Assembly: GCA_037190965.1 (NCBI GenBank)
Contig: JBBCKI010000015.1
Location: 1 to 64,000, forward strand
Direction: 5' to 3'
DNA from: Chthoniobacteraceae bacterium
GTDB taxonomy: Bacteria; Verrucomicrobiota; Verrucomicrobiia; Chthoniobacterales; Chthoniobacteraceae
DNA length: 64,000 nt
Position 1 is the stretch's first letter. Each line of letters begins with the position of its first letter. Positions 30,653-40,750 of the stretch are shown piece by piece. Below the pieces are notes generated by a model, which worked only from the letters and a program-made list of their open reading frames with translations, made no database searches and was not told where the DNA came from. The position numbers and the translations under genes were made by a program.

Positions 30653-31336
30653 CTAGATATCGATGAACTCCTCCGTGGCGGTCTCTTCCGGCGTCTGGTG
30701 GCTGGCGGCTTCATCGTGAAGGGCACTCAAGACGGAGAAAGCAAACTCGTGCACCGCCTCCTCGCCGGAACCGTAGACATCCAGCGCCATGGCGGCGATC
30801 TCATGAAATTTCTCGGGACGGTTTTCGTAGGTCAGCGCCAGCAACTCCTGGTGCGTTCCGGTCGAGAAAGGATAGCCATGCGGGCGTTCGAGAAGAGCAA
30901 GGGTTTCCTTATGGTTGAGCGCCATGAAGAAGAGAACGTCGGCTCCCAGCTCATGATCGAGCAAGACCGAGAGCATCTCGATGCGTCGCGCCGGTTCTTC
31001 CGAGGTGAGAATCATCGGGCAGAGGAAATCCTCCACGTCTCGCTGGAACGAAACGAAATCCATGGTCGGGGAAGGCTGCACCTCTCCCCACCGCGCACCA
31101 AGGCGGCTGAAGGCAGCGATGAACTGCTCCGGAGAGATAAAGGCGTGGGCCAGCGACGGCTTGGTCATATCGGCATCGCTGACCATGACGGCGATCTCGG
31201 CGGGTTTGAACTCCGCCACGACCTCCGCCAGCTGGTTATCTCCAGCGTTCCCGGCAATCCGGGCGAGTTGGTTTTCGGCGGCCCCGGCCCCGGATTGCAG
31301 CGCTTCGCGAACGGAAAGGGTATTATTCGTTGTCAT
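30653..31336 (-). CDS. Hypothetical acidic protein, AtcB-like
   Basis: AENQLARIAGNAGDNQL...DMTKPSL...ISPEQF resembles AtcB homologs. Start MTTNN overlaps the upstream gene. Confidence 0.6.
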   Translation of the reverse strand: MTTNNTLSVREALQSGAGAAENQLARIAGNAGDNQLAEVVAEFKPAEIAVMVSDADMTKPSLAHAFISPEQFIAAFSRLGARWGEVQPSPTMDFVSFQRDVEDFLCPMILTSEEPARRIEMLSVLLDHELGADVLFFMALNHKETLALLERPHGYPFSTGTHQELLALTYENRPEKFHEIAAMALDVYGSGEEAVHEFAFSVLSALHDEAASHQTPEETATEEFIDI

Positions 31337-31799
31337 CGGAAAGGTCGTCTTCTTCGTCGTAACCGTCGTAGTCTTCGTCCTCGTCGTCATCCTGTACAGG
31401 AGCCGAGGCACGCTTCGGTGCGTGTGAGTTGAGCTGGATCGCGCCCCAGAGGGCGCTTTGATCGTTTTGGAGCAGGAAATCCCACCCTGCCTTTGCGGAG
31501 GCGGCAATCTTGAGCGCCTTCTTTTCGCGAACCTTGGCAATCGCCTCTTCGGCGGGAGTCCGGTTGGATGCGAGCTGGTCAATCAGCTTGCGGTCGCCGA
31601 CCTGCATCTTGCCATAAAACGCCATGGCGCCGTAGGCCGGATACTCTGCGAGCAGAGGGAGCATCTGCGGAAGCTGTTCCAGCATTTCGTTGCAATGCTT
31701 GATGAGTTGTTTTTCGCCTTCGGCCTTGGACTTCGCCCGATCAAAAAACAAGCTAATCTGTTCGTCGAATTCGGCCTGAATGTTGGGTGTTATTTGCAT
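31323..31799 (-). CDS. Hypothetical protein with acidic tail, AtcA-like
   Basis: IAASAKAGWDFLLQNDQSALWGAI motif; D/E-rich C-terminus. Confidence 0.6.
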   Translation of the reverse strand: MQITPNIQAEFDEQISLFFDRAKSKAEGEKQLIKHCNEMLEQLPQMLPLLAEYPAYGAMAFYGKMQVGDRKLIDQLASNRTPAEEAIAKVREKKALKIAASAKAGWDFLLQNDQSALWGAIQLNSHAPKRASAPVQDDDEDEDYDGYDEEDDLSDDNE

Positions 31800-31809
31800 C
31801 TAAAAGAGA

Positions 31810-32070
31810 TCAGCATTGCTGGAAATACTCGGCGACAGCCTGCCGCGCGACTTCGGGCAACGATTCCACGGGTTGATTACGAAGGGCTTCGTCGTAGGCC
31901 CGGCGCTTCGCTGGGTCACCGAGCACCTCGGCAGCCTCCTGGGCGGCTTTGAACAGCATCGGGTCTCCACCCGCGTCAGGGTGATGAAGCCGGGCAAGCC
32001 TCCGGTGCGCCGCCTTGATCTCGGCAGCATCGGCATTCGGGGCAACCCCGAGTGTCTGGTAGTGGTTCAT
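31810..32070 (-). CDS. Minimal J-domain co-chaperone (AtcJ-like)
   Basis: MNHYQTLGV...EIKAAHRRLARLHHPD...LGDPAKRRAYD plus an extension of about 25 aa; 86 aa in total. Confidence 0.88.
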   Translation of the reverse strand: MNHYQTLGVAPNADAAEIKAAHRRLARLHHPDAGGDPMLFKAAQEAAEVLGDPAKRRAYDEALRNQPVESLPEVARQAVAEYFQQC

Positions 32071-32214
32071 TCGGGCCGAGCATATACGCACGTTTCCCGT
32101 CCGAGAAAGCTCTGTTTTGATATTCCCCGATAGCTCCGTAATCATCCTCACGCGAGGCTTCATCCAGCGCACCGGAAGGAGCCGATGATCCGACCTCGCA
32201 CATCAAAATGGCGC

Positions 32215-35200
32215 CTAGTGGCCGTGAAGAGCTGGAACGCCGTCAGCCCTCTTTGATGACTGCCCTTTGGCGATGCTCTCAAGCCATGCCATGCATTGCG
32301 GGTATTCGAGTTCATTCTTCGAATACTTTGCAAAAACACCAAGAGGCTCAGCTGCTTCCTCATGTCTGCCAAGATGATAAAGGGCTGCTCCTTTGTACCA
32401 GTAGAGTTGATACAACGTGGGAAATCTGGGAATTGCTTCAGTTGTGGCCTGAAGAAGCCGATTCCAGTCTTCGTGCAAGGCCGCATCGCTAACACGGAGA
32501 GAGTCCCGAACCCGCTGCCCCCCAAGTCGAGACGTGACATTCTCAAACCAGGCTTTTGGGACGACCGATGCATCAGACATCGCCAATGGGAGATCGTAAG
32601 CATCTTGGCATTCCTTGGGGTCCAATGTTGCCCAAGCCTTCAAGATTGCATGATAGCTTGCCTTTGTAGCCGCGCGTCTCGCCAGCGCGAACTCCTCACT
32701 CATTCCCGCAAGCTCGAAGGCTCGAAGGGATAACGCGAGGAGCCTTTCCGATAGAAGATCACTGGCCTCATACGCGTCGATCGCTTTGCGAATAAGAGAA
32801 GCATCCTTTCTCTGAAGATAAAAACTCAACCTGAAATAGTTTGCAACATTGTCTGAATTTGGCCCGCGCAGTGTAGACAAAGAGCGCTCCAGCTCCATCA
32901 TCTCTCCTTTGCGCCATTTGGATTGCACTTCAAACATCCGGATCATCTGGGATGAAGCCGGAAACTGCTCCGCATCACGAAACGGTTTAACCAAAGAAAC
33001 CATCGCTTCGTTCACCTTGGGATCATCCAGATCCATGAGAAAACAAAAACTCATGATAATCATCGCCTTCTCAGCATCCCCGGGGAGGCGCTGAAGGGCG
33101 GCCGAAGCGAGGTCCAGAGTCAACCTCGATCTGGCTTCCGTGGGATCCCAGTCTCTTATGAACTCTTTCCAAAACTCGATATTCGTCAGATCGACCTGTC
33201 TGGTTGCGATCTGGTAAAGGCGCGCTTTGGTGGCGGCTGCCTCACTGAGAAAACCGAGGCGTAGCGGATCACTCAGGGTTCCATAAAATTCCGGCTCCGC
33301 CGTTTGCGATTCCGGAAAATGGTGAAGAACAATATCTCGCATCGCATTGACCGCCGGCCGCCATAGCTTGAAATGGTTCAGCGATTTAAGGCATCCCATC
33401 TGAAGGGAAATCAGGCTTGAATCGTTGGGCATCGTCGCACTGACCTCTGTCAGTTTTTTATACACCTGATCAGCAAGATCGATCTGGTCCATTTCCAGCA
33501 ATCGCAAGAAACACCGCTTCAACTCTTCGTGCTTGAGAGGAGTAAGCTCACCCTCAAGGAGATTGATACAAAAGCTATTGATCGCTTTGCCGGATGACCG
33601 GTCAACAGCCAGAGCCTCGCGGCGAAAGTCTGCGATGGCCCGACCGTTTTCACTGAACTTCGCGTTCAGCGGATGCTTCCGGAGTTTATCAAAATGGACG
33701 GCGTCTTCCTCCTTGGAAGCGTTCATCAAAGCAATCCAAAGCAGTCCGATTCTTGTTTGTTCCGGGAGATCCTGATTATCAATCTCCGGTTCAATCAGGC
33801 TCCTTGCCTCCTCTTTTGTATGGGCATAGCTCGATAGTCTCTTCAAAGCTTCTACGAATGCCACGTCCCATCGCCCGAAGGGCTGCTCGGGATCGCACGC
33901 AACAAGGAGGGTCAATTTGATGATCTCCGGATCGGCAAAATTTCCACCGGTCTCGAAAACCTGATCCAGGTTTGAGAGGCGGGGATCGCCGAGGGATTTC
34001 GGCTCGGCAAAGTCAAACCAGGCCGGTTTGTTCTTCGCCAGCCAGCGCTCCACGGCCTTCACCCTCCGTTTCGAATCGATCACGGCGTCAGTAAGCTGCG
34101 AATAGCGCTCTGTCAGCGTTTTCAGATCGGCTGCAGCGGCTTTGATCTCGGGATGATCCAATTCTTGCTTAAGGAGTTCTTCCTCATCGGCAGCCCGTCC
34201 CGATTCCCTGTAAAGATCCGCGAGGAACGTGACGCTCAATGCTCGATATTCCAGCTTTTTCGGATGTTTGAGCATCGCTTCCAAGGCGGCAATGGCGGGA
34301 GGCATCTCACTTTTCACACGGCGTGCCATCATCGCCCAAAGGCGGGACATCACTTCCGAACAGCGATCCTCTGGTTTGGCCTTCCGATGATAGGCGTGAA
34401 TCAACTCCAAGGCTCGATCATTGAGGTTGCTATCGATGCATCCAATCGTCGCATGCATCTGAATTTCCGGCGCAATCTTGAGATCATCAGATTCGAAATT
34501 CTCATAAATTGCCAGGGTCAATTGCCGCATTTCATTGGCGGCGTCGCCAGCCAGGGTCGGCCCTTGGTAGGCCAGGAAGCGAGTTAATACAGGGAGCAGG
34601 GAAGATTGCCACCGCGCCCCATGGGCAAGAAATCGCAGTTTTGTAAACAGTTCAACTGAGTCTTTTCTGCTCAAGGCGGACTCCATCTCCTGGCAAAAAC
34701 CGCTGAGATTGGCGAATATCGGAATGACTTTTTCATCGCCAAGCGGGGCCAATCCCAGTTTCTGCTCCAACTTTAGCCAATCGGCCCACCATTTTTCGCT
34801 TCCACTCCAATACTTTTCCGCAGAAGTCTCATCTCCAGTTAAGGCAATCATCTGCTCAATCTGCCATGCTGTTTTCGCTTCGCGAATGTTGGCAATATTC
34901 TCGGAACGGAGAAGAGAAAGTATCCGCAGCGATTCGCTTCTATTCCCCAGTTCAAGGTTTAAGAGCGCCGCACGAAGGAGATCGTCTTTGACGCTGATAT
35001 ACACCAGTTGGGTTTCAATCTTGCGGTAGATCTCCAAAGCCTTTGCGTAAAGATGCAAGGCTTCGAAATTCCCGGCAAGCCGTCGGAGCGCGGTGACACG
35101 AAAGGCCGCCGGCAAGGAGGGTTCCTCTAGAATATTCTCATGGAGCTTCTTTGCCCCCTCAATATCTCCCCTTCGATCCGCGACTTTGGCTCGAAGGAAG

Positions 35201-36363
35201 CGTCCCTCGAGGTAACTTTCATTTTCATGAGGCAGGAGATCGCACAGATCGAGCAAAAGAGGCAACAACGGCTCAGGTTCATTGCAGTGGCGCTCTTTCC
35301 AGTCTGCCATGTTGGCTGCTCTCCACAATGCGGCGGGAAACTCCGCCTCGGGCTCGAAACGGAGCAGATATTCAAGACTACAAGCAAAGGCGAGGTTGGA
35401 GCTTCTCTCCCCCTCAGCTTGAGCGATAGCGCTCGCAAAGTCGGCTTTATTCTCCAATTTGGTGCCATCGAGGACCGGGCTGGACCGTGGGTTTTCTTTG
35501 AGGAAACCGGCCAGTCTGGCCTTGATCTCTCGGGATGCCGTTACTGCGCGGATGAGGTTCCGCGAAGATTTCAGAGCTTCCCTAAAGCCTTCTCCTGGAT
35601 CCACGGATTTTTCCGTCTCGATCAATTGCAATATCAGCTCCTCTCTCGTTTCGGCGCGGGAATCCGGCAGAAGGGTTCCAACGGACTCCGCGAGTTGCAT
35701 GAGCAAAGCGTCACGGGATTCAGGTTGCCTTCCCATTACCTTTTGGATCTCTGATCGGACCTCCGCCATTTGCCCTTCGAGAGCGAGAAGCTTGACGAGA
35801 AGCGTAAATACGTGAGGGCTCGCCTCAGTATCAAGAGGAAGTATATTACGCAGGACCTTGATTGCCTCCATTCCTGATCTCGATTCGAGGAGAACCGCGA
35901 GATCATAACCAGCCCAGGACCGTCTATAATCCGAGAGTTGTTTGTCTTCGCTCAATCGCTTAAGGATGCGCTCGGCTTCCGGGGGCTCAGAATCGGTAAT
36001 CAACTGAGCCAAAAGGTACTCTCCCCATGCGAAGTACTCGGCAGAAACATTCTCACGATACGTCGCCAGAAGATGGCGAATCTCAGAAATGCTCTCCTTG
36101 CCATCATTTTCGCCCCGTTTCATCCAGGCAAGCTTGGTTCCCGCCAAAAACAGAGTCGTTTTATCAAACGGGAAATACTGAATGGTTTTCAGCAGGGCCT
36201 CCCGGCGGAGAATGGGATCTCCCTTGCCCGGAAAGCGCTTATCGACGAGTTCCAACTGCCCCTCTCCCGTGGCCAACATAGGAAAGTCATCCAACGTCAA
36301 GGGGCTTTCAGACAAAACTGCCAGTGGGAGCGGAGAGCCCCAGGGAACGATCGAGCCATGCAT
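32215..36363 (-). CDS. Large TPR/alpha-solenoid protein, probably the C-terminal part of the upstream gene
   Basis: 1382-aa all-helical ORF with TPR-like units (e.g. YWYKGAALYHLGRHEEAAEPL). Overlaps the upstream ORF by 56 nt in another frame; no signal peptide. Confidence 0.75.
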   Translation of the reverse strand: MHGSIVPWGSPLPLAVLSESPLTLDDFPMLATGEGQLELVDKRFPGKGDPILRREALLKTIQYFPFDKTTLFLAGTKLAWMKRGENDGKESISEIRHLLATYRENVSAEYFAWGEYLLAQLITDSEPPEAERILKRLSEDKQLSDYRRSWAGYDLAVLLESRSGMEAIKVLRNILPLDTEASPHVFTLLVKLLALEGQMAEVRSEIQKVMGRQPESRDALLMQLAESVGTLLPDSRAETREELILQLIETEKSVDPGEGFREALKSSRNLIRAVTASREIKARLAGFLKENPRSSPVLDGTKLENKADFASAIAQAEGERSSNLAFACSLEYLLRFEPEAEFPAALWRAANMADWKERHCNEPEPLLPLLLDLCDLLPHENESYLEGRFLRAKVADRRGDIEGAKKLHENILEEPSLPAAFRVTALRRLAGNFEALHLYAKALEIYRKIETQLVYISVKDDLLRAALLNLELGNRSESLRILSLLRSENIANIREAKTAWQIEQMIALTGDETSAEKYWSGSEKWWADWLKLEQKLGLAPLGDEKVIPIFANLSGFCQEMESALSRKDSVELFTKLRFLAHGARWQSSLLPVLTRFLAYQGPTLAGDAANEMRQLTLAIYENFESDDLKIAPEIQMHATIGCIDSNLNDRALELIHAYHRKAKPEDRCSEVMSRLWAMMARRVKSEMPPAIAALEAMLKHPKKLEYRALSVTFLADLYRESGRAADEEELLKQELDHPEIKAAAADLKTLTERYSQLTDAVIDSKRRVKAVERWLAKNKPAWFDFAEPKSLGDPRLSNLDQVFETGGNFADPEIIKLTLLVACDPEQPFGRWDVAFVEALKRLSSYAHTKEEARSLIEPEIDNQDLPEQTRIGLLWIALMNASKEEDAVHFDKLRKHPLNAKFSENGRAIADFRREALAVDRSSGKAINSFCINLLEGELTPLKHEELKRCFLRLLEMDQIDLADQVYKKLTEVSATMPNDSSLISLQMGCLKSLNHFKLWRPAVNAMRDIVLHHFPESQTAEPEFYGTLSDPLRLGFLSEAAATKARLYQIATRQVDLTNIEFWKEFIRDWDPTEARSRLTLDLASAALQRLPGDAEKAMIIMSFCFLMDLDDPKVNEAMVSLVKPFRDAEQFPASSQMIRMFEVQSKWRKGEMMELERSLSTLRGPNSDNVANYFRLSFYLQRKDASLIRKAIDAYEASDLLSERLLALSLRAFELAGMSEEFALARRAATKASYHAILKAWATLDPKECQDAYDLPLAMSDASVVPKAWFENVTSRLGGQRVRDSLRVSDAALHEDWNRLLQATTEAIPRFPTLYQLYWYKGAALYHLGRHEEAAEPLGVFAKYSKNELEYPQCMAWLESIAKGQSSKRADGVPALHGH

Positions 36364-38296
36364 GCAAAGAGAGGTGGGAATTGAAGAGAGCCTGGAACTT
36401 GTCCGGCGATATAAAAGACTCCTTCACACGTAACTCGAGCCTGGCGATACATTGATGATCAAGGAATTCCCAGCTGGCTGTAATATCGAACACTTCGGAC
36501 CGTATCTGAAGAAGACGAGGGAGCTCGATTGGCTGTAAACCCTCGGGAAGGCTGATTCGCGCAATGACCTTTACGGTATCAGGCCAGAGGTGGAATGATG
36601 TCTGGCGACGCTTGTCGGAACCTAGATCATTGAACAGAAGGCTGGCTTGTGGAAACGAAACGCGATGCTCCCGTCGGGAGTGATCATTGGCGGACGGAAC
36701 AATAAAATAAGTTTTCAACTGATGCCTGCCATCCCAATTCTCAAGAGAACTTTTAGTGACGTCGATGATCTCTGCACCTTTGAAGAATGCCTGTATCAAA
36801 TCGTTCGCCCTTGATCGGAGCCCATCGTTGTCAAGACGAGCGAAGACATGAGCGTTGACGGCACCGTAGTATCCGCCGCTGTTCTTGGTCATCCACCCTG
36901 AAAGTTCGCCGCTGGATGAAAGCTTCATGTCGAACTCGTAAGAAAACTCCCCTGCGCTTTGCGCGGGGGTTCGAACCCATTCCGCTCCTTTGCTGCCAAT
37001 AAGCAAGCCATCACGATCAGCATCTCCCGGAGAGATCAGCCCAGCTTTGGCATAGGCGATCGTTGGATCGCAAAAAATGGGGCGGCCGGGTTCGAGATAC
37101 ACGGCAAGAATGGCGTGATCGAACTGACGATAATCGGGACTCCTCCGTTCGATTCGCCCCACGTTCTCCGTGTTCAACAGGACGAGGGAAGCGTCGATTC
37201 CTTTATGCCGCAACATCGCACGAAGCAGGGTCGCTTTATCCTTGCAATCGCCGTACTGATTCGCCCAGACCGCACTGCAATCATAAGGTTGTATATCGGC
37301 CGTTCCGAATGCGAGACTGAGATAACGGACCTCCCTCGCTACCTTGGTGGTGAGGATATCCAACACCTCGGCCCGGTTCTTTGCATCCTTTGTCCATTCA
37401 TCGACCTCTCGGGCAAGAGTCTCTGAAATCATGGACCGCTCTTCCACGAGCGGATAATACCATTTCACAAAGGCATCCCAGTCGGGAAGAGTCGTCAGGT
37501 AGAGCACTGGGCCAACCTGATCTGTGGGCGGGGAAGAAATTTCATTGGGACGCGCTGGGATGTCTTTTCCACTCCAGATCAATCGAACGCGATCTCCGGC
37601 CAGATTTTTCTTCTGCGGCTCTGGGATATTCCCGCCCACTGGGGTGATCTTGAGGCGATCAGCCATCGGAGCGGGCATCTCGATCACGTACCGAAGAGTT
37701 TGGATGGGCCACCCCCAGGCAAACCACTTCCCCGCAGTGAACTCCCCGGGAATCCGGAATTCGCTCTCACTGATAACGACGATCGATTCCGTTATGGAGC
37801 CCGGTTTGACGTTGGGAAAAACCAACCGAAGCTCACCGGATCCGCTGTAGACTGAGTTATCAGCTTGACGCTGAGGACTTTGAAGAATGGAGGCGTTTGG
37901 AGCAACCGGTAATCTTTTCCCGTCAGGAAGAATTGTCTGAGCTTGAACCAGGCAGATCTTCTGATTCGCTTTGCGGTATCCCCACGTATCCTCCGCGATT
38001 GCCTTGGCACCGGCGTCAGTCAAAGCTTTGCTGACATAATGATGGACCGTATAGCGATTTCCCTTCGCATCAAAAAATTGAACTTCTTCGTTCAGAAGAA
38101 CGATGCAGTCGGAAGCCGAGCCCACCGTCACCTGTGAAGGCGATTTCAAAACCTCGTCAACAGGGGTAAGCAGCGGCAAGACGGCTTCCGTGAAAATCGA
38201 CGGTGCCTGCCGCGAAACTTCCTCCCCAACAGCCGTGCAAAAAGGAATCGGAATAACGATCGCAGCAACGATCCTTGTGATACGCCACAGTAACAT
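36308..38296 (-). CDS. Secreted DUF3857 plus transglutaminase-like domain protein
   Basis: Signal peptide, FPNVKPGSI (DUF3857), catalytic-type triad GDCKDKA / FDHAI / CDPT. Confidence 0.88.
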   Translation of the reverse strand: MLLWRITRIVAAIVIPIPFCTAVGEEVSRQAPSIFTEAVLPLLTPVDEVLKSPSQVTVGSASDCIVLLNEEVQFFDAKGNRYTVHHYVSKALTDAGAKAIAEDTWGYRKANQKICLVQAQTILPDGKRLPVAPNASILQSPQRQADNSVYSGSGELRLVFPNVKPGSITESIVVISESEFRIPGEFTAGKWFAWGWPIQTLRYVIEMPAPMADRLKITPVGGNIPEPQKKNLAGDRVRLIWSGKDIPARPNEISSPPTDQVGPVLYLTTLPDWDAFVKWYYPLVEERSMISETLAREVDEWTKDAKNRAEVLDILTTKVAREVRYLSLAFGTADIQPYDCSAVWANQYGDCKDKATLLRAMLRHKGIDASLVLLNTENVGRIERRSPDYRQFDHAILAVYLEPGRPIFCDPTIAYAKAGLISPGDADRDGLLIGSKGAEWVRTPAQSAGEFSYEFDMKLSSSGELSGWMTKNSGGYYGAVNAHVFARLDNDGLRSRANDLIQAFFKGAEIIDVTKSSLENWDGRHQLKTYFIVPSANDHSRREHRVSFPQASLLFNDLGSDKRRQTSFHLWPDTVKVIARISLPEGLQPIELPRLLQIRSEVFDITASWEFLDHQCIARLELRVKESFISPDKFQALFNSHLSLHAWLDRSLGLSAPTGSFV

Positions 38297-38447
38297 ACAC
38301 CCGTTCTGCCGATTCCTGGTGAAATCCGCAAGGAGTAAGACAGATGCAACAGCGCTACAACCGTTCCTTTAACAGAGCTTGAAGTATGACTCAGTCGTCA
38401 TGAGGCGGGGCTTTCTTTCTTCACGAAAAGTTGATTAAATCAATGAT

Positions 38448-38867
38448 ATGATCGCTCAGACAAAATCGTTCGAGATTGCCACCTCCGGGAAGGGGACTTA
38501 CGATATCACCTCTCAGGTTGCGGAGATTGTTCGCGCGAGTCAGGTCACAACCGGAATAGTAACGGTCTTCATCCAGCATACGAGCGCCAGCCTCATTGTC
38601 TTCGAAAACGCGGACCGCTCGGCTCGGGTCGATCTCGAGGCCTACTTCGAACGTCTCGTTCCTGAAGACAGCGACTACTTCATCCATACTGCCGAAGGAG
38701 CTGATGATTCGACTTCGCACATCCGGATGGTCCTCAGCCGCAGCAGCGAGAGCGTCCCCGTGGCAAATGGGCGGATGCAGCTCGGCACTTGGCAGGGCAT
38801 CTTTGTCTTCGAACACCGCCGGGCGGCACATCGGCGCAGACTTTCGGTTTCAGTGTTGGGTGTCTGA
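38448..38867 (+). CDS. yjbQ: YjbQ/UPF0047 family protein
   Basis: QHTSASL..EN, H..EG.DD..SH, LGTWQGIFVFEHR. Confidence 0.93.
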   Translation: MIAQTKSFEIATSGKGTYDITSQVAEIVRASQVTTGIVTVFIQHTSASLIVFENADRSARVDLEAYFERLVPEDSDYFIHTAEGADDSTSHIRMVLSRSSESVPVANGRMQLGTWQGIFVFEHRRAAHRRRLSVSVLGV

Positions 38868-39035
38868 TTTTTGGTTAGTTCCTTCCATAATCTTGAAAGG
38901 GGACAGGATGAACGGATGTGAGAAAGGGGACGGTTGTCATAAAGATCGAACTCAACGAGACTGAAGAGGACTTTCTTCGGCTCTGACGTTCCGGAACTAC
39001 ATAGCACCCATATTCTGTAGCACGAGGAATGAAAG

Positions 39036-39756
39036 CTAAACCGCCCACCTCCCTTGCCGTATCGATAAAATGGAGCAATTCAGAATGCCGGTTCCTGGGA
39101 AGCCAGGCCGCGCAGTAGCGATACTTGGGCGGGGGATGAATGAAACGCCTGCGGTCGCTGTCTGACGAAATTGTGCAGGAAGAATAGTGACGCCCAGACC
39201 TGCGGCCACATAGTTCAGGACAGTCACCGTCTGCCCGGCCTCTTGAACGGCGCGCGGCTGGAAACCGGCCTGATGGCAAAGCACCAACAGCCACGGGTTG
39301 TAGAGGGGCGCTCCCTTCCTTTCCGCCAACAGGAAATTCGCATTCGCCAAAGCCGACAGCGGCAGGCTCTTCACTTTCCGCCGATCCTGCACCGTCAAGG
39401 GGTGTCCCTGCGGGAGGACCGCATGAGTTGTTCTTCGGCAACCGTCGCCAACTGCAAATCGGAGGTCTCCGCCGTCAGGCCGAACCCGATCACGCCGAGG
39501 TCGATCGGGCGGGCATTGAGTGCTTCTCGATCAAACGAAGCTCCACCTCGGAAAAGCGTCTGCGTAGGCCCGCAAAATTCTGGGAAGGAGGTTGTGGCCC
39601 AACGAGGCAGGAAACCCAACAGCTCCTGCTCGAGAGCGCGGACCAGGGCACTCAGGGACGGCTGGGTCAGGTGAAGCCGCTCGGCAGCGCGGCAGCGCGG
39701 CGAAAATTCAACTCTTCGGCGACGGCGACAAAGTAACGAAGGTGGCGCAACTCCAT
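39036..39756 (-). pseudogene. Decayed LysR regulator divergent from prpB
   Basis: [22 protein letters not shown], then an 8-bp duplication frameshift, a missing linker, further frameshifts, and a C-terminal CHQAGFQPRAVQEA...VAAGLGVTILP. Confidence 0.88.
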
Positions 39757-39770
39757 AAAGACGAATGCGA

Positions 39771-39789
39771 TGATAGGTTTAGCCTATCA
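39771..39789. promoter_or_regulatory. LysR-type operator palindrome TGATAGG-N5-CCTATCA
   Basis: Perfect 7-bp inverted repeat containing T-N11-A, between the LysR pseudogene and prpB. Confidence 0.7.
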
Positions 39790-39844
39790 CAGTGAAAAAA
39801 TCAAAGTCATTCTCTTCGGGGCATTCGTCGATGAAACTACCGTC

Positions 39845-40744
39845 ATGTCGAATCTCTCACCCGGCGCACGGTTGCGCGAAGCCCAAGCCACTGCAGCCGA
39901 GCGCCCCCTTCAGATTGCGGGAGCCGTCAACGCATTCACCGCCATGCTGGCGGAAAGGGCCGGGTTTCGAGCCCTCTACCTTTCGGGCGCAGGCGTGGCC
40001 AACGCTTCCTTCGGACTTGCCGATCTGGGGATCACCACGCTCAACGATGTTTGCGAAGATATTCGCCGCATCACGGGCGCGAGTCCCCTCCCCCTTCTTG
40101 CGGATGCCGACACGGGCTGGGGTGGCGCGTTGATGATCGCCCGCACCATCAAGGAAATGTCCCGCGCGGGAGCCGCCGGGTGCCATCTGGAAGACCAGGT
40201 ACAGGCAAAGCGATGCGGGCATCGGCCCGGCAAGGAACTGGTGAGCACGTCGGAGATGTGCGACCGGATCAAGGCCGCCACCGACGCGCGCTTCGATGAG
40301 AGCTTCGTCATCATGGCGCGCACCGACTCCCATGCCAACGAAGGACTTGCCGCCGCCATACAGCGGGCGCAGGCTTACGCCGCCGCCGGCGCGGACATGA
40401 TCTTTGCGGAGGCGCTGGAAACCCTCGACGAATACCGGGCCTTCACCAGTGCCCTCGGCCCTGTGCCGGTGCTCGCCAATTGCACCGAATTTGGCAAGAC
40501 CCCTCTCTTCACCGTTTCCGAACTGGGCGCGGCAGGCGTGCGGCTCGTCCTTTATCCCTTAAGCGCCTTCCGCGCGATGAGTCAGGCTGCCCTTGCCGTC
40601 TACGAAACGATCAGGCGTGAGGGAACCCAAAAGGGCATCCTGCACCAAATGCAAACCCGCGAGGAACTCTACGACGTCCTCGGCTATCACGCCCACGAAG
40701 AGAAACTCAACGCCCTTTTCGCGAAGGATAAGCCAAAGCAGTAA
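39845..40744 (+). CDS. prpB: 2-methylisocitrate lyase
   Basis: [32 protein letters not shown]. Confidence 0.96.
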   Translation: MSNLSPGARLREAQATAAERPLQIAGAVNAFTAMLAERAGFRALYLSGAGVANASFGLADLGITTLNDVCEDIRRITGASPLPLLADADTGWGGALMIARTIKEMSRAGAAGCHLEDQVQAKRCGHRPGKELVSTSEMCDRIKAATDARFDESFVIMARTDSHANEGLAAAIQRAQAYAAAGADMIFAEALETLDEYRAFTSALGPVPVLANCTEFGKTPLFTVSELGAAGVRLVLYPLSAFRAMSQAALAVYETIRREGTQKGILHQMQTREELYDVLGYHAHEEKLNALFAKDKPKQ

Positions 40745-40750
40745 CCAGCC

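Noticed and set aside
30653..31582. 309-aa version of the AtcB-like ORF
   Set aside because: The Thr/Arg-rich extension is the alternative frame of the upstream gene's acidic tail. The start at 31336 is more plausible.
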